From assembly GCA_976226885.1 (NCBI GenBank), contig OZ320314.1, forward strand, positions 104,036,001-104,100,000: a stretch of DNA of 64,000 nucleotides, written 5' to 3'. This stretch comes from Iphione sp. A-MEVVRFRX5 (lineage: Eukaryota). Both the position numbers and the translations under genes were made by a program. The notes under the pieces are model-generated. The model ran no database searches, was not told the origin of the DNA, and saw only the letters and a list, made by a program, of their open reading frames with translations. Each line of letters opens with the position of its first letter. Position 1 is the stretch's first letter. Below, piece after piece: positions 41,353 through 53,800 of the stretch.

Positions 41353-44300
41353 TTAAATTGTAACCTAGAACCGGTTCCTACTATATTACTTGCTAACCTA
41401 GAAATGATTCCTGCTATATTACATTGTAACCCTAGAACTGGTTCCTACTATATTACTTTGTAACATAGAACTGGTTCCTACTTTATTACATTGTAATATT
41501 AACATGTTTATGTGCACACTATACAGTACACGATCTTGTCAATGAAAGTACTACGCACTAATAAGTTGGCATCTCAAATGATGGAACCTACTAACAGTAC
41601 ATGTCAGACTCTTCACATAGTGGCATTATACTCTAGATGGAAGGATAGGAAGCTGGGCGGTGTTCAGCCTTCAATGAGACGGGCGTTGCCACACAGTAGC
41701 TAGTTGCTATACCTTTCACCATTGACGGCCAGCCTGACCTTCCAGGGCTTTCAGGTAAGAATGCTGAAATTCAAGAATGGAATTGTCTTTAAGAACACCT
41801 TAGCCTGGAAAGGCGTCCTAACAATTCGTTATCAAAGATACTATTCAGTGTTTCTTGCTGGTTGAAGTTTTAAGTGCTTGATGTACTGGAAAATACACTG
41901 ATATTGGAAGAAAAACTTACCTTTGCTCTTATCTTGATACAACCTTGATAACATTGTTCTTTTCTTTTCATGTGTGTTCGATACGGCACCAAGGAAACAG
42001 ACGAAAGCTTTTGAAACGGCAGAGTGAAAAACTGACATATGTTTATATATGTTTAAGAGAAAAAAAGAAAGAATGTAGTCCAACACACATCGAACTGGGA
42101 TTGTTCTTTCGACGTATCTGCACCACTCTCTCCACTCAGTAATTCCTATTAATGTCAGTCATGCAAACTATTGGTTTAATTCGAATAGGGTTACGTTTTA
42201 CAACTGCACTTCAAATGGCAGGCGAGTCCTTTTCACTACTGTTTGAAGTATTAATAAACGTCTTTGTCTTGGAGCATAGACAGACACATCTGCCCATTTG
42301 ATATACACGAACATAATCGTATATCACGGGTGCTAAGGTTTCGTGTTAAGAAGGTTACTTTCAAGTACTCCTGGAAGACGATATACACTACATTATACAA
42401 GAATATTATAGAACGTATAAGGATGATAGGAACATAGAGAGAAACGGGTGGCTAGATTGGTTTAAATATATGTATATGACTAATTTCATCAATAGATGTA
42501 CCAGCGGTATTCTCTGGGTCTATTAAAAACTACAGGAAGAAAACATCTTATAGTGGTAAAAAAAAGCTGTTATAGCTTCCTCATACCCCCTAGACCAAGG
42601 CGTAGCAAGAAAGATGTAAAGTTTCAATTGAAATTTGATTTACAGCACAAAAACACCAACCTGGAGAATACATTTTGGTACATCTATTGGTGGAATCAGT
42701 CATATATAAACGTAGAATACACGTATTCCATTTCTCCTTCTATATTTTTGCCTTTGAATAGCCTTACATTTCTTACCAGAGGTAAGTTCGTATATGAAAT
42801 CTTGTAACAAAGAGGGTACATTGGGTGCACACGCCAATTTTAAGAGCTACTAAGAGAAGATCAGGATGCCCTATTTTTTCATTTTAAGTGGAACTTTGTA
42901 CCTTGTAAGTACAATGTTCACAGTTCATGTAAGTGTAACTCGACCCGTGTTAAAGAACATAGTTCATACGAGGTATATACATGGATACATTTTACATGTA
43001 TTAGAAAGTATATCGAAAGTTTATGTACCACCTTGGTTGTTTACCCAGCCGAATGAATCGAATATAATGACGAAACAGGCGAGTTTTACACAAATTTGAG
43101 GGCTTAAATATATACTGCTGATACTCTAGAGCAGCCTCGACGTATCCTTCATGGGTAGCACCAGCTCACCTCTACACTTTGGCTCTTTGATCTGCTACAA
43201 AGAATGTGACCTCGGAACACGCTGTATTTTAAAACGTCAGGTATGGCACAGAGAAACAAAGCCGAATTTCTGAAAGCGGCCCAGAAAGGTACATTTGAAA
43301 TCAATGTCACTTATAGCTTACCTTCAAACCTTTACGTCGTACGGAGATAAATTTTAGAGGAAAAAATCCAGTGAAGCAACTTTTTAAACAAGATCAAACT
43401 CCGTGCGTGTACAAGGAAGGTCGGTATTTAAAAGAGTTAAGAAAAGCATATGTGAAACAGGTGCTTTACACCCACATGAATTTGATATTTAAGAGGAGAC
43501 GAAGAAAAAAACATACAATATGTTAACATTCTCACATATGAAGTAAAAGCTATTTTTTTTTACCCCCACATGATGTATATTTATCTGGCATGTTGGGCTC
43601 CTGAGGAGAAAATGACACCGATCTCTCTTCATATATTCATACAATGGCATGCCATGTCTTAGATGGGGCTTACGCTTTTGCCAACACCATAGTTAAAATA
43701 GGCTGGGTCTCATCTCGACGGAATTGAATGAAATAAAAGCGTTTTCGATCGATTGAGATTCCCACAGGATCAGACAACTAATCGTATTTGTCCAGAGAAC
43801 AATGCGCGCATATGAAACTCAGTACAGCAAGAAACACTGGACGTGGCCCGAGAATCACACAAGCTTTTCACTCTCATTTGAGGTGAAATTGAAATATCAA
43901 ATGCCAGACTGGTTAACTGAAAAGCATTGATTCCGGTCACCGGGGTTACCCATCATGTCCTGACCAAATAAGTGACACGGTTGCCATGGTAATAACTGGC
44001 GCGGTGAGAAACTCAGTTATACGAGTGGATTGTGAGTCTCCAATGAATTTCCAATAGCCTCTTTCGAAGTTCATAAAAGTTAATATTGCAGGCCCTCATT
44101 GGACGAGATTGTGTTACCTCCTGTTCAATCTAATTATCAAACAGTATGATCGACAAAAACTGGTGCTGTAGTGTACCGAGAAAAACGTAATGAAAGCTGA
44201 AAAATAACGGTAATTGCTGTAGTGGAAAGCAACGCGGCCTTTTTCAAACTAAAATACACGTACCTATAAATGAATTGTCTACGAACGAACTCCAGTGTGG

Positions 44301-45364
44301 ACGTTAATGTACCGACAAAGAACAGAACTAAGTTTTAACACATCCAAACTCACCTTGTCACGAGTGGCTTTATCCTGATGTTTATAATATAATACCTCTG
44401 GTTGGATCATCGTAAATAAAAGAGGCTAATTTCATTTACAAGTAATCAGAGTCAAGCTTAGACTCCGGGTTTCTATTTGTAATTTGCCACATTTGACATA
44501 TTTTTATTGCGGCGTCTCACCTCATGCTGTGATTCAATGTATTCGTCACTCAGCCCTTGTTTTAATACATGTATATCAGTCGCCTATGTGGAGGACGTTT
44601 ATGCTGTTCGGCTTTATAATTGAAAACAATTCAATCATATTGTATCCCCTTTGCGAGTTCCCATCCCCAAATTGATTCCCAGCATGCATCTAGATTTTTA
44701 GTATTTAAGTTAGATTAGAACATTACAAAACATCTCATATCTACACCTGATTGTTCCAGACATTGGAAATTATTGATTTCCTAAGAAAATCGACGTTCAT
44801 GACAGTTAACTTACAGTGATTTTTATCAGTAGTCATAAAAAGAATCTAAACTTTCAAGATGTGTGGTACCTATTATTGCAACTGACAATCAATTTCCATC
44901 CTTAATCAAGGTATCGGGCGCTGACAGTAATTTATAATTTCTTCTGCTCGCTTCTAGTTAATGTCATGTTAGATTTAAACAGGTAAATTTCTCATACCGT
45001 AGGAAGTAATCGTTTTTTTGTACCTAGGGCCTGCTGTCTGTCTCCAAGTCTGGTCAGTTGATTACCTCTTAAATCAATGTATTTCTCAGACATATAAACT
45101 ACCTGGCCGTTTTCAACCACCATGTACTGTTTCCCCGTCGTTGGTAACTTCCATTACATACCATAAGCTTGCCAGAAGAGACAACAAATAAGGTATGAAA
45201 GTCCGTTTTGCAGGCAAGAAGGATTCTACTCTACTGAATCTTTCATGTTAATCACTTGTCTTTTCATGAGAATTGTCTGGATCTATACTTAACTGTGAAT
45301 ACACACTTGTATTATTATCAACCACATGGGCTGCCTTCATACATGAATTGCCAAGTTTCAATGT

Positions 45365-48300
45365 CTGTTAAACTGGCATATTGAATATCTTAGTTTGAGA
45401 AATAAAACTGACCTATTAAAGGAATACATGCATGAGCAGAAAATTGTGACATGTATATGTTTGTTAGGGGACATAGTTAACAAAGAAAATACCAGATGCC
45501 TTAGTTGTGATAAATAGATATAGTTTTTTTGGCAGGAAAGGCAAAGAGAATCGGAAAAGTTGGGGCCGGGATATCAGTATACTATAAAAGAAAGTTAACT
45601 AGCAAAATGACACTCTCGCTGAATATGTCTCATACATCCAGTGCCTTGGAATGCATCTGGTTTTCTATCCAAGTTAACAACTATACAAAAACATTTGTAT
45701 GTGTCTTGCACTGCCCCCTTTCTGGTAACTTGAGTGATGCACTACAAACTCTTGAGGGAAATATAGTCAGTATGCAGAAACAATACAAAATGTTTGATAT
45801 TAATGGGAGACTTCAACATTATTATGTTAAAGAAAGGTATGGTTTCTGAAAAATTAGTAATGGACCTGCTAACACAGCATGGTCTAAACCAACATATAAA
45901 ACAAGCAATGCATGTAATGAGTAGAACAGCGATGCTATTAGACTTGGTAATATCTAACGCTGAATACAGATTATGGTACATTGGTAGGGATCAATGTGAT
46001 ATGAGTCATCATTTTATGATATCATGTGAGGTAAGAGGTGTTAGTATTCATAACCTATCAGAATATGTCATGGTAACGAGCAAAACCAAATTTGAAGAGC
46101 CATTTTTTATTGAAAAATTGAAGAAAGAAATAGTGTTAATTTCTGTCAAGGTACTGTTAGTAAATATGAGAAGGTTGCAAATACAAATACTAGTGATCAA
46201 ATACTATGAGCAGTTAATCCTAAGGAAAAAAGGTTAATCAAAGAACCATGTAATGTTTGGTTTAATGATGATCTATGCATACTACTAAAAGACAAAGATG
46301 TTATACATAAGAAAGCCTTGGATTTAAAGAGATTAGTAGATTGGTTGTTTTTTAAAATGTTAAGAAAGCATGTGATGTATACAGTTCGAGAGTTAAAAAG
46401 AAATTATATAGTCAAACAAGCATCTTTGTGAAAACATGATGCAAAAAAATATTGGTTTTACATAAAGAATACCCTAGGTTATAGTAAAGGACAGTCCACA
46501 GAAATTACCTTAATGTCATTGGCAAATGTATTACTCAGAAACTAGGCAGAGAGGAATTTGCTGAAAATGATGTCCTTTGTGGAGAAATGTTATGTGACTT
46601 TGTAACTGTGAAAAGGAAGTTGTCACAGCAATTTATAGATTTAGCAATAGTAAAGCTTCTTGTCTAGGTGATCTTCCACAAAAGATGGTTAAAGGTTTTC
46701 TGGAGTGCCCAGAAGTGTTGGTGAAACTATTTAATGACAGTTTTATAGCAAGTGATATTCCACTTGAATGGAAAAAATTTACGGTTGTACCTTTGATTAA
46801 AAGCAAAAACCCCACCAAACTGGGTGATTTTTGCCCAATAAATTTGTAAACATTATTGTGAAAATACAGGAACATGTAGTTTATGGAAACATTTAGGATC
46901 AATTGGAAAAACATACCTTTTTAAGTTAAAGTTAATATGGATTTAGACAAAGATACTCTACTGAGCTGGCAATAGTTGATCTAATTCTATACACCAGGCA
47001 TTTAATAGAGGGGAAGTAGTAATCAGTACCTTTATTGACCTGCAAAAAGCATTTGATTCTGTTAATCAAAACATGTTATTAAATTATAAAAAGGACCTCT
47101 TTTTTTCTTGATCTTTATAAACTCTTTGCCAGAGTCACAGTCACAAGTATTTATGCATGCTGATGATGTAGCCTTAGTTAGTACAGGGGAATCGATGGAA
47201 AAAGTAGTAAAAAAATTGAATCAAGACATGAACAGTATTGTAGTAATTGCTTGGGTTCAATAAAGAACTGACAACTTTGAGTCCCAGTTTCAAACCATAT
47301 TTATTCCCCAAGGGGCTTATATTTATATCAGAGGCATAATCACATGATCATGCAGGACACATCCAATCAGCTTTGAACAATCACTGAAAAAGTAACACTG
47401 TTGCTAATCCAGGAAACTCCTAACTTAGCTCCCCCAATCATGTTAAACCACTATAGCAGTCCCTGCTGCAGGCCAGCTGTGGTGCCAAAGCCCATATGCT
47501 AAGAACCAATCTCATGCAAGGAATATAGTTACAAAATGTCCTTGCAAACATCCAGGGTTGCCTGCGGTGTCACAGGTGGTGCAGGTATGCTTGCACTTGG
47601 CTTAGTACAGCTATACTCTTTCTGCAGGGCCCATGCATCTTGGATGTGGTGCCACAATTCAACTAGTGTTCTGCATGCTCCAGGACCCTGACCTGTGGTG
47701 CCACAGGCTAGGGTCGCCAAGTACACTCCCTACTTTCTACAGTATGATGAAGTGGAGTGAAAGAATGAAAATTTTGATTAATCAAGCAAAGACACAATGT
47801 ACAAAATTTCATTAAGGCTGTCCTAAAGAAAAGATTCACAGCTCAATTGAGCTGCAAGACATTAAAATCAAGATTGTACACAGCATGCCTTATTTGGGAA
47901 TTATACTTGATGAAAAGTTAACAATGACATTAAACCAAATAAAATAATAAGGAAATTATATGCTAAGTATAGTCACTTCAAGGTTACATGAAAATACCTT
48001 GATCAGTGCACTGCATTGAGGATAGCAAATACTGTGGTGTTAGCAGTGAGTAATTATGCACTTGCGGTAAACACAAACACATCAAGTAGACATTTCAAGA
48101 AAATTATCCAAGCCAGAAAGAGAGTGATAAACAGTGCCTTTGGGTACAACAAGCTATCAACTACAGATGAAAGAAAAGATTTCATTGTGCGACGGGATAT
48201 AAGGTTATAAATACTTGGTTATAAAGTTGCTCAAAAACAAGAGCTAACAGGTCATATAACAAGGACGTTAAAAAAATAAGGTAATAGAACTCCCAAGGCC

Positions 48301-48370
48301 TAGGCATGAATTGTATAAAAGGTCGATAGAGTACAGTTATCAAAATCTATGTCAAAAACTGGATTTTGCT
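45365..48370 (+). mobile_element. Decayed non-LTR retrotransposon (LINE, CR1/L2/Jockey-type) ORF2: AP endonuclease plus reverse transcriptase, with stops and frameshifts
   Basis: Motifs in canonical order: LSLRNKTDLL (45389), GAGISVY, LECIW, MGDFN (45803-45817), LDLVISN (45938), KASCLGDLP (46652), EWKKFTVVPLIK (46766), YGFRQRYST (46936), FIDLQKAFDSV (47031), GPLFFLIFINSLP and HADDVAL (47156), PYLGIILDEKLT (47888). Confidence 0.9.
47239..47741 (-). mobile_element. Solo LTR (503 bp), probably Ty3/Gypsy-type, inserted in the LINE RT
   Basis: Begins TGTAG and ends CTACA (TG...CA, 5-bp terminal inverted repeat). Flanked by 4-bp duplication GTAT (47235-47238 and 47742-47745). Minus strand has TATAAATATA (47318-47327) and AATAAA (47300-47305) near its 3' end. 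Removing it plus one TSD copy restores an in-frame RT segment LNQDMNSMMKWSERMKILINQAKTQ. Confidence 0.85.
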
Positions 48371-49649
48371 GTGACAAATCTAAATCTCAAAGCATTTATT
48401 ACATGTACTAAAGGTAAAGGAAGGAAGGGTATACAATCATTCAAGGTCCCATGAATTGCATATGTGGATGATAACAGGAGTAAAGAATGTGTTTGTTGTG
48501 TTGGCAGTTCATGAGTTAAGAGCCAAAAAGATGTTGAATACGATGTATATATCACAGTATAAAGGACTAAAGAATTCATTTTTGTCACTGCAAACCCTAA
48601 CATTATTACAATTGTGTCTTCTCATGCATTACATACCATTATTACCTATCCTTATGTAAAGCGTATCATGAAAAGTACTGGACATCAAATACACAAATGT
48701 ATGTACTTGTTCAGTTTAACGTCTTAAAAAAAGAAAAGTCCAGCTCTCCAAGGGACTCACTATCAAGTCTTAAAATACATGTAGGTTATTAAAATACACC
48801 GATATATGGAGCTATTCCAATTACTAATGGATACCGCATGTAATTCTGACTGGGACCTGTTTTTTTACCTGCACGAGTGCCGACAATACATGAAGTATAT
48901 AACCCCCTGCATTTCAGACGTTGCTTTACTTCCAAGAAAAGAACACCTATTTCTGAGGCAAGCGGATTTTGAAAAAAGAATCCTGCGTGCGTACATTATT
49001 TTTCTTCTCCACGATAAAATCCAATATTAAACATATTGCCCTGGATGTATTCTTGTTATTTTGTTCATTATGGCGATATCGTACCTCGGATAGAATTTCC
49101 CGCAAAACTCTAGGCTGTAGACAGTCCTTGTCATCTGAAACTACCTGTTATACACCATATCTCATAACTGGACCACAGTTTAAAGAAAATCCACACGTGA
49201 CCTTATTAAAAGGACCGTCCTTCTCCCACAGACTTTGTTCTTAGGCTGAACTTTCGTGTAAATGAAAACCTTACACAATGGATGGTTCATAATCCACGTA
49301 TCTACATTGAAATTTCATGCATATGAAGTTCGGATATCCATGTACATGTAGATGTATTAGGCATTGAAATGTTGAGACGCGTAAAACCTAGATGCTTTTC
49401 GAAAATAAGGGTCACATTTGAAATTTCTTGGTAATTGTTTTTAAAGTGACGTTTTGTGAAAAATAACCTCCACGAAGGACTGTTATGTGAAACTAGAATC
49501 CGAGCCACAAAGGCATCCTCCATCTGAGTCACCAAACTTGTTTTTTTTCCTCTCAAGAACACTTGTTTATCATCCTGGGCAGGTCAGGCGCGCTTCAAGT
49601 AGCGAGGGTAGAGCGCAAGCCAATCGGATCAGCTCGGAGCAGCTCTTTG

Positions 49650-50880
49650 TTAAGAGACACCGAGCAAAAAGTTCATAGTCCTCGCGGTTGGAATTCGGCG
49701 AGAACTTATCAAGTGGTTTATAGTTGGGCGAGTGAGCCTTATAGGTACGTCTTTTATGGTAGCCAAGGGTTGCGTGGGTTGCGGACTAGCTGGGTGGGGA
49801 TGGGGTTGGTGGAGATGATCAGCGTGCGTTCCTCGCAGCCCGTCTCGATGTGTCCCTAGCACCTGTGGCCCTTTGTAGACGGCTGTCAGATCGTCGTCTA
49901 CAACTTTGAATGGAGCCTTCCATCGGACTACTTGATACTGCTGGTTGAGTGCCCGTAGGTGGCGCGCCTAGGCTTGACTGGCGGGGGCCAAAGGTCTGTT
50001 TGGGGGGGGAGGCGATCAGACCTTCTTAATTCCAAGCTTTAAATGGTATGCGTGCAGGTGAGTTTGTTTGTTTGCAGGAAATATGTATGCTAGTTTTAAT
50101 AACGGAATGTGCGCCCGTACATAATCAAAACATGATATGATCTACACCACTTGGAGATGACGGCCATTTGCTGGTATGTACATTGTATTCGTGTTTGCGT
50201 TCAGGCGATATGCGTGTTCTTCTACACACCAGAAAATGGGATACGTTCGTAGGTCCGTATGTACTGAAACTTGTTCCTCATGGAGTGGTGCTAGACGTGG
50301 GAAGTGGGGCATGGATGACGAGGACAGCTGGAGCGTGCCTACGGACGACCCCCGAGAGGTGTCCATTGTACAGGTGAAGCTGGTGTTCAAACCTCTTCTT
50401 CGATTCGGTGACAACTCACCGACGCCCCACAAGAAGACCTTCACACCCAATAAGTCGCGAGTCCGTAAATCTAGATTTATCCTGGACGAGGGCGCTGTAA
50501 AGTAAACCCTGCGAGTGCCCCCTGGTGCTGATTTATATGAACTAATATCCGACGGCGCTTGGAGCAGGTGTCTGTTGCCATTGTCACGTGGCTGACATTC
50601 CGCCCGCGCGAGGTGGGCTCATCTTACAGCACGGCCAGCTTTTATTGGCTTCTTCTTCACCCCAATCCATCTCGCTTTCGTCCTCTCCCATGCTGGTATC
50701 AAGCTCCCCTTCCATGAATGATTCCCACGCACTGGTTTCCTCCTCCCCTACCAGGCCTCCACAGCTCCCTCCCCCCTGCCTCCGAGCTCAACAAGCTTTT
50801 CTTCTCCTCCTCCTACCTCTAAAGGATCACCACCAGTGCTGCTTGTCGACCCCAACCACCACACCACAGTAGCCCCTTCT
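49650..50880 (-). mobile_element. Decayed Ty3/Gypsy integrase (zinc-finger remnant, catalytic core, GPY/F module)
   Basis: Minus-strand motifs in the expected order across frameshifts: VVWWLG (~50850-50870), VVTESKKRF (second-D region, ~50390-50420), HPxxxxxV* with the catalytic E mutated to TAG (50291-50317), AYRLNANTNTMYIPA-GRHL (50150-50213), RWKAPFKVVDDDLTAVY followed by HRDGLR (49833-49925). Confidence 0.6.
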
Positions 50881-53800
50881 CACAGGTCCATCCTCCACCT
50901 ACCCCCCACCCCACCTACCCACCGAGCCGCACCTTCCCTACCAGATCTCTACCGAATCTTCCCGGCATTGGCATTACTACAGCCAACACGGCATTCAGAA
51001 CCCCGTCCCATTGTCACAGGGGCTGTCAAATTCTCATCGCTCCTATAAGCGATTCTGTCCACATGAGAGCGATAATTTCAGGAATTGAAGCAGTCAACAT
51101 GCCATGCGTTCTGCAACCAGTACTCCTGCCAGCCTCGTCTCGCCTCGTCGATCCCTCCTCCCTGTCCCCACAGGACAACCCCTAACGTATCTTCACGGCT
51201 CCTCCAGAAGGCAGGCTGCGTAGATTACCATTCTCGCCTGCGGCCATCTTCTCCAATCCTCGACCTATTGCATGTTGAAAAATTCTACTCGAAAAAAATC
51301 CCCAAAATTCCAGATAGCTCAATATCCCATGGATCGTTTTTCACCCAATTTTGTTGCCTTCCTGACACGTGAGTGTCGACCTCGTGTCAAGTTTTTCTTG
51401 TAAAGTTAAGAAAACAAATTATTCAGAGAGATTGGCCACGAGCAAGAAGGTAAACCAACAGTTAAGACAGTCAAACATGATATTTCAACAGCCGACAGTT
51501 GTTTCTTCTCCTCGAGCAGTCGAGGAAAAGCGATAGGTAAAAAGTGTTATCTTCTTAAAGGAAATGTTTTTTTTTTATTTGGAGCTATGAGGCAAAACGC
51601 ATGACAATGGCTTTACTGATGACCCTTCAATAAATTTGAACATGGCATGAGCGTTACATTTGTAACATATAGTGGATGTATGTTTTCCAGTAGAAATAAA
51701 GATAGACAAAGGAATCCGTTCCGAAAAGTTTTGAATACACATGCATGTTTGAATATTTCTTATTACCATTGACCCTAATCAATATACATTAATGTTTCAT
51801 AATTTCTTCTGCTTGAGATTGCTGGACGTAACCGAAAGGCAACATGCATATGAGTAAATGCAAAACATCTAATATTTACAGACCATCTCCCATATGACAG
51901 TGCTCTCTATCTCCATAATGTTATTTATGCCTTTCTTATTTTAGACACGCATACAGGCTTTATGACAATAGACTCATTCAGCTCGTGGGTGAAGGTATGA
52001 CATGGTTGCCTGGAAAATCCCCTCTAAAGGTATTTAATCAATAACGGATTGTTCCAGTATGTAGAATCATTATTATAGGTATCCTGGTAGCTTCACAGTA
52101 TATGCAATAGTTTATCGTGTAGAACTAAATGACCAACTTGTGCGTAGCACCTATCAACTGGAGACGGCGTTTTCATTCCACCGATATTATTCCCTCAGAT
52201 ATCTTGCATTAAACACTATCTTTCATTAAACGCTCCACCAAGACAGGAGATTGCACTTAACTTTAATGTTGGATGAAATAAATACATAGAATGTACAATC
52301 GTCTCCTTTTTGCACAATACCTCTTTATCATCTTGATGTCTCTGATATGCCTCGTCATGTATTTAGCTCCGCTTATGTAATGAAGCACGTTTGCATGACA
52401 GTACCTGGTCTAAAGTACATTTTACTGTGTTTCGAATGTCTTTGCTTTTCGTGACGTTGCTCTGGTGCTTGTGATCCCCAAATGGTTAATGCCTGTAGCG
52501 AGAATATCTAGGAATTGACGCATACGTGTATTCTGATTTGACTGGTATAAGCTAAGGGAAACTATTCTAGTCATTTAAGATGAAACCCAACGAACATGTC
52601 AAGTGTATATATGTGAGGGCAAGAGAACCGTGCCTCGAGCATAGAAAGGCCATCCTCACCACCTCGCGTTCTGCTTCACATCAGGACTGCGCTTCAGAGA
52701 GACTTAACAACACTACGTATCATTACAGGGGAATAAAGGAACAATTTAGGCAGGCGGAGCTGAATGCTTAGGTTGTAAGTATGCGTCATTGGGGGTCGAT
52801 GGCCTAAATAAGGTAGCGAGTAGAACAGAAGCGAGAGAAAAGAAAGAGAAAAAAGCAGTTGTAAGGGGTGTTCAAGAGCTGCGTGCTTCAATGCAAACGC
52901 ATGCCTCGAATTGCGGCTCACCCAATTGTATGCGCTTCGTTTCATTTTGTGTGAGTGTTCACATAGGAGACGGCATGCATGTCAGGCTTTTCTTTGTGTG
53001 TAACGTGCTTGTAGTAGCTGTACTGCTATGGGGCTCTTGCTGAACATCTTCAAATTTTGGGCCTACAAAGACCTATTGTGCACATGCCATTAGGCGCCGG
53101 AAAAAAAGTATCCATGCAGCAAAGGGTCTTTAGAAATACTTTGTAATAGTACTGGAACCGAAAATAACATGCACAATGGAAAGGCCCTTTAAATTTTTGC
53201 ACCTCACCATAACACACAATAGTCCCTTATAAGCTGTCTTAATTTCCGACATTTAGAAAGCTTTACTCTAAAATTTGCTTGGAATGTCCTACATGAATAC
53301 CCCTGACCAGTATCGTCTTTATTTATCATGGTTACTTCACCACAACGTGACCTCCTACTCTGACCACCGGGGATTCTGAGATACAGTAGTTATTAAGAGG
53401 GGTTCCTGTCGAAGAGTATACTAAGCAGCCTATAGTTATTCCATAGAGCAGTTTGTCCCGCACATTAAGGATGTGTACGGATACATGAAAACTCTGTCAT
53501 ATTACAATACATGTACTTATTTCAAACAGAGTAACTCACCTGTGAACCCAAAGTCTCCCCCCGGAACAAGGCCGACAAAATTGTAAAGGGGGAGGCTGTA
53601 AGTACAATATACAGACAATTCTCCAGAACCGAACAGTGACTGTTTCAAACAGATTTGTTTGAATTTCAGATTTCGGATTTCGAATCTGTGGCCTAAGGCC
53701 ACTTTCCAGACATGTGTTTCAAGACGAGGTGCGGCAGGAGCAGCATGGCAAGTGTCATCTCTAGAATCAGAGTCCTTCCCTTTGTACTGGGGCTTTAGGC

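Larger units (their letters stand above)
41089..41496. repeat. 33-34 bp minisatellite, consensus ~TTACATTGTAACCTAGAACTGGTTCCTACTATA, split by the TTAGGG element
   Basis: Units at 41353-41385, 41386-41418, 41419-41452, 41453-41485, partial 41486-41496, and a further truncated unit at 41089-41114 left of the insertion. Confidence 0.85.

Noticed and set aside
41353-41496. CRISPR-like array
   Set aside because: Units are contiguous with no unique spacers, in a eukaryotic context; it is a minisatellite.
42075-42146. tRNA-like A and B boxes on the minus strand
   Set aside because: Boxes are degenerate and no cloverleaf forms; at most a decayed SINE head.
49743-50043. Plus-strand YVFYGSQG...LWPFVDGCQIVVYNFEWSLPSDYLILLVECP, resembling the SF3 helicase of a CRESS-DNA virus Rep (endogenous viral element)
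   Set aside because: Walker A lysine and Walker B acids are absent, the frame has two stops, and no RCR motifs or nonanucleotide stem-loop were found. The exact antisense frame is open for about 107 codons and encodes a Gypsy GPY/F module in correct order with other integrase motifs, which explains the region better. An HMM search of both strands would settle it.
50058-50077. GTGAGT...TTTGCAG donor/acceptor pair
   Set aside because: Only 20 nt, too short for a spliceosomal intron, and it lies in a minus-strand retroelement relic.
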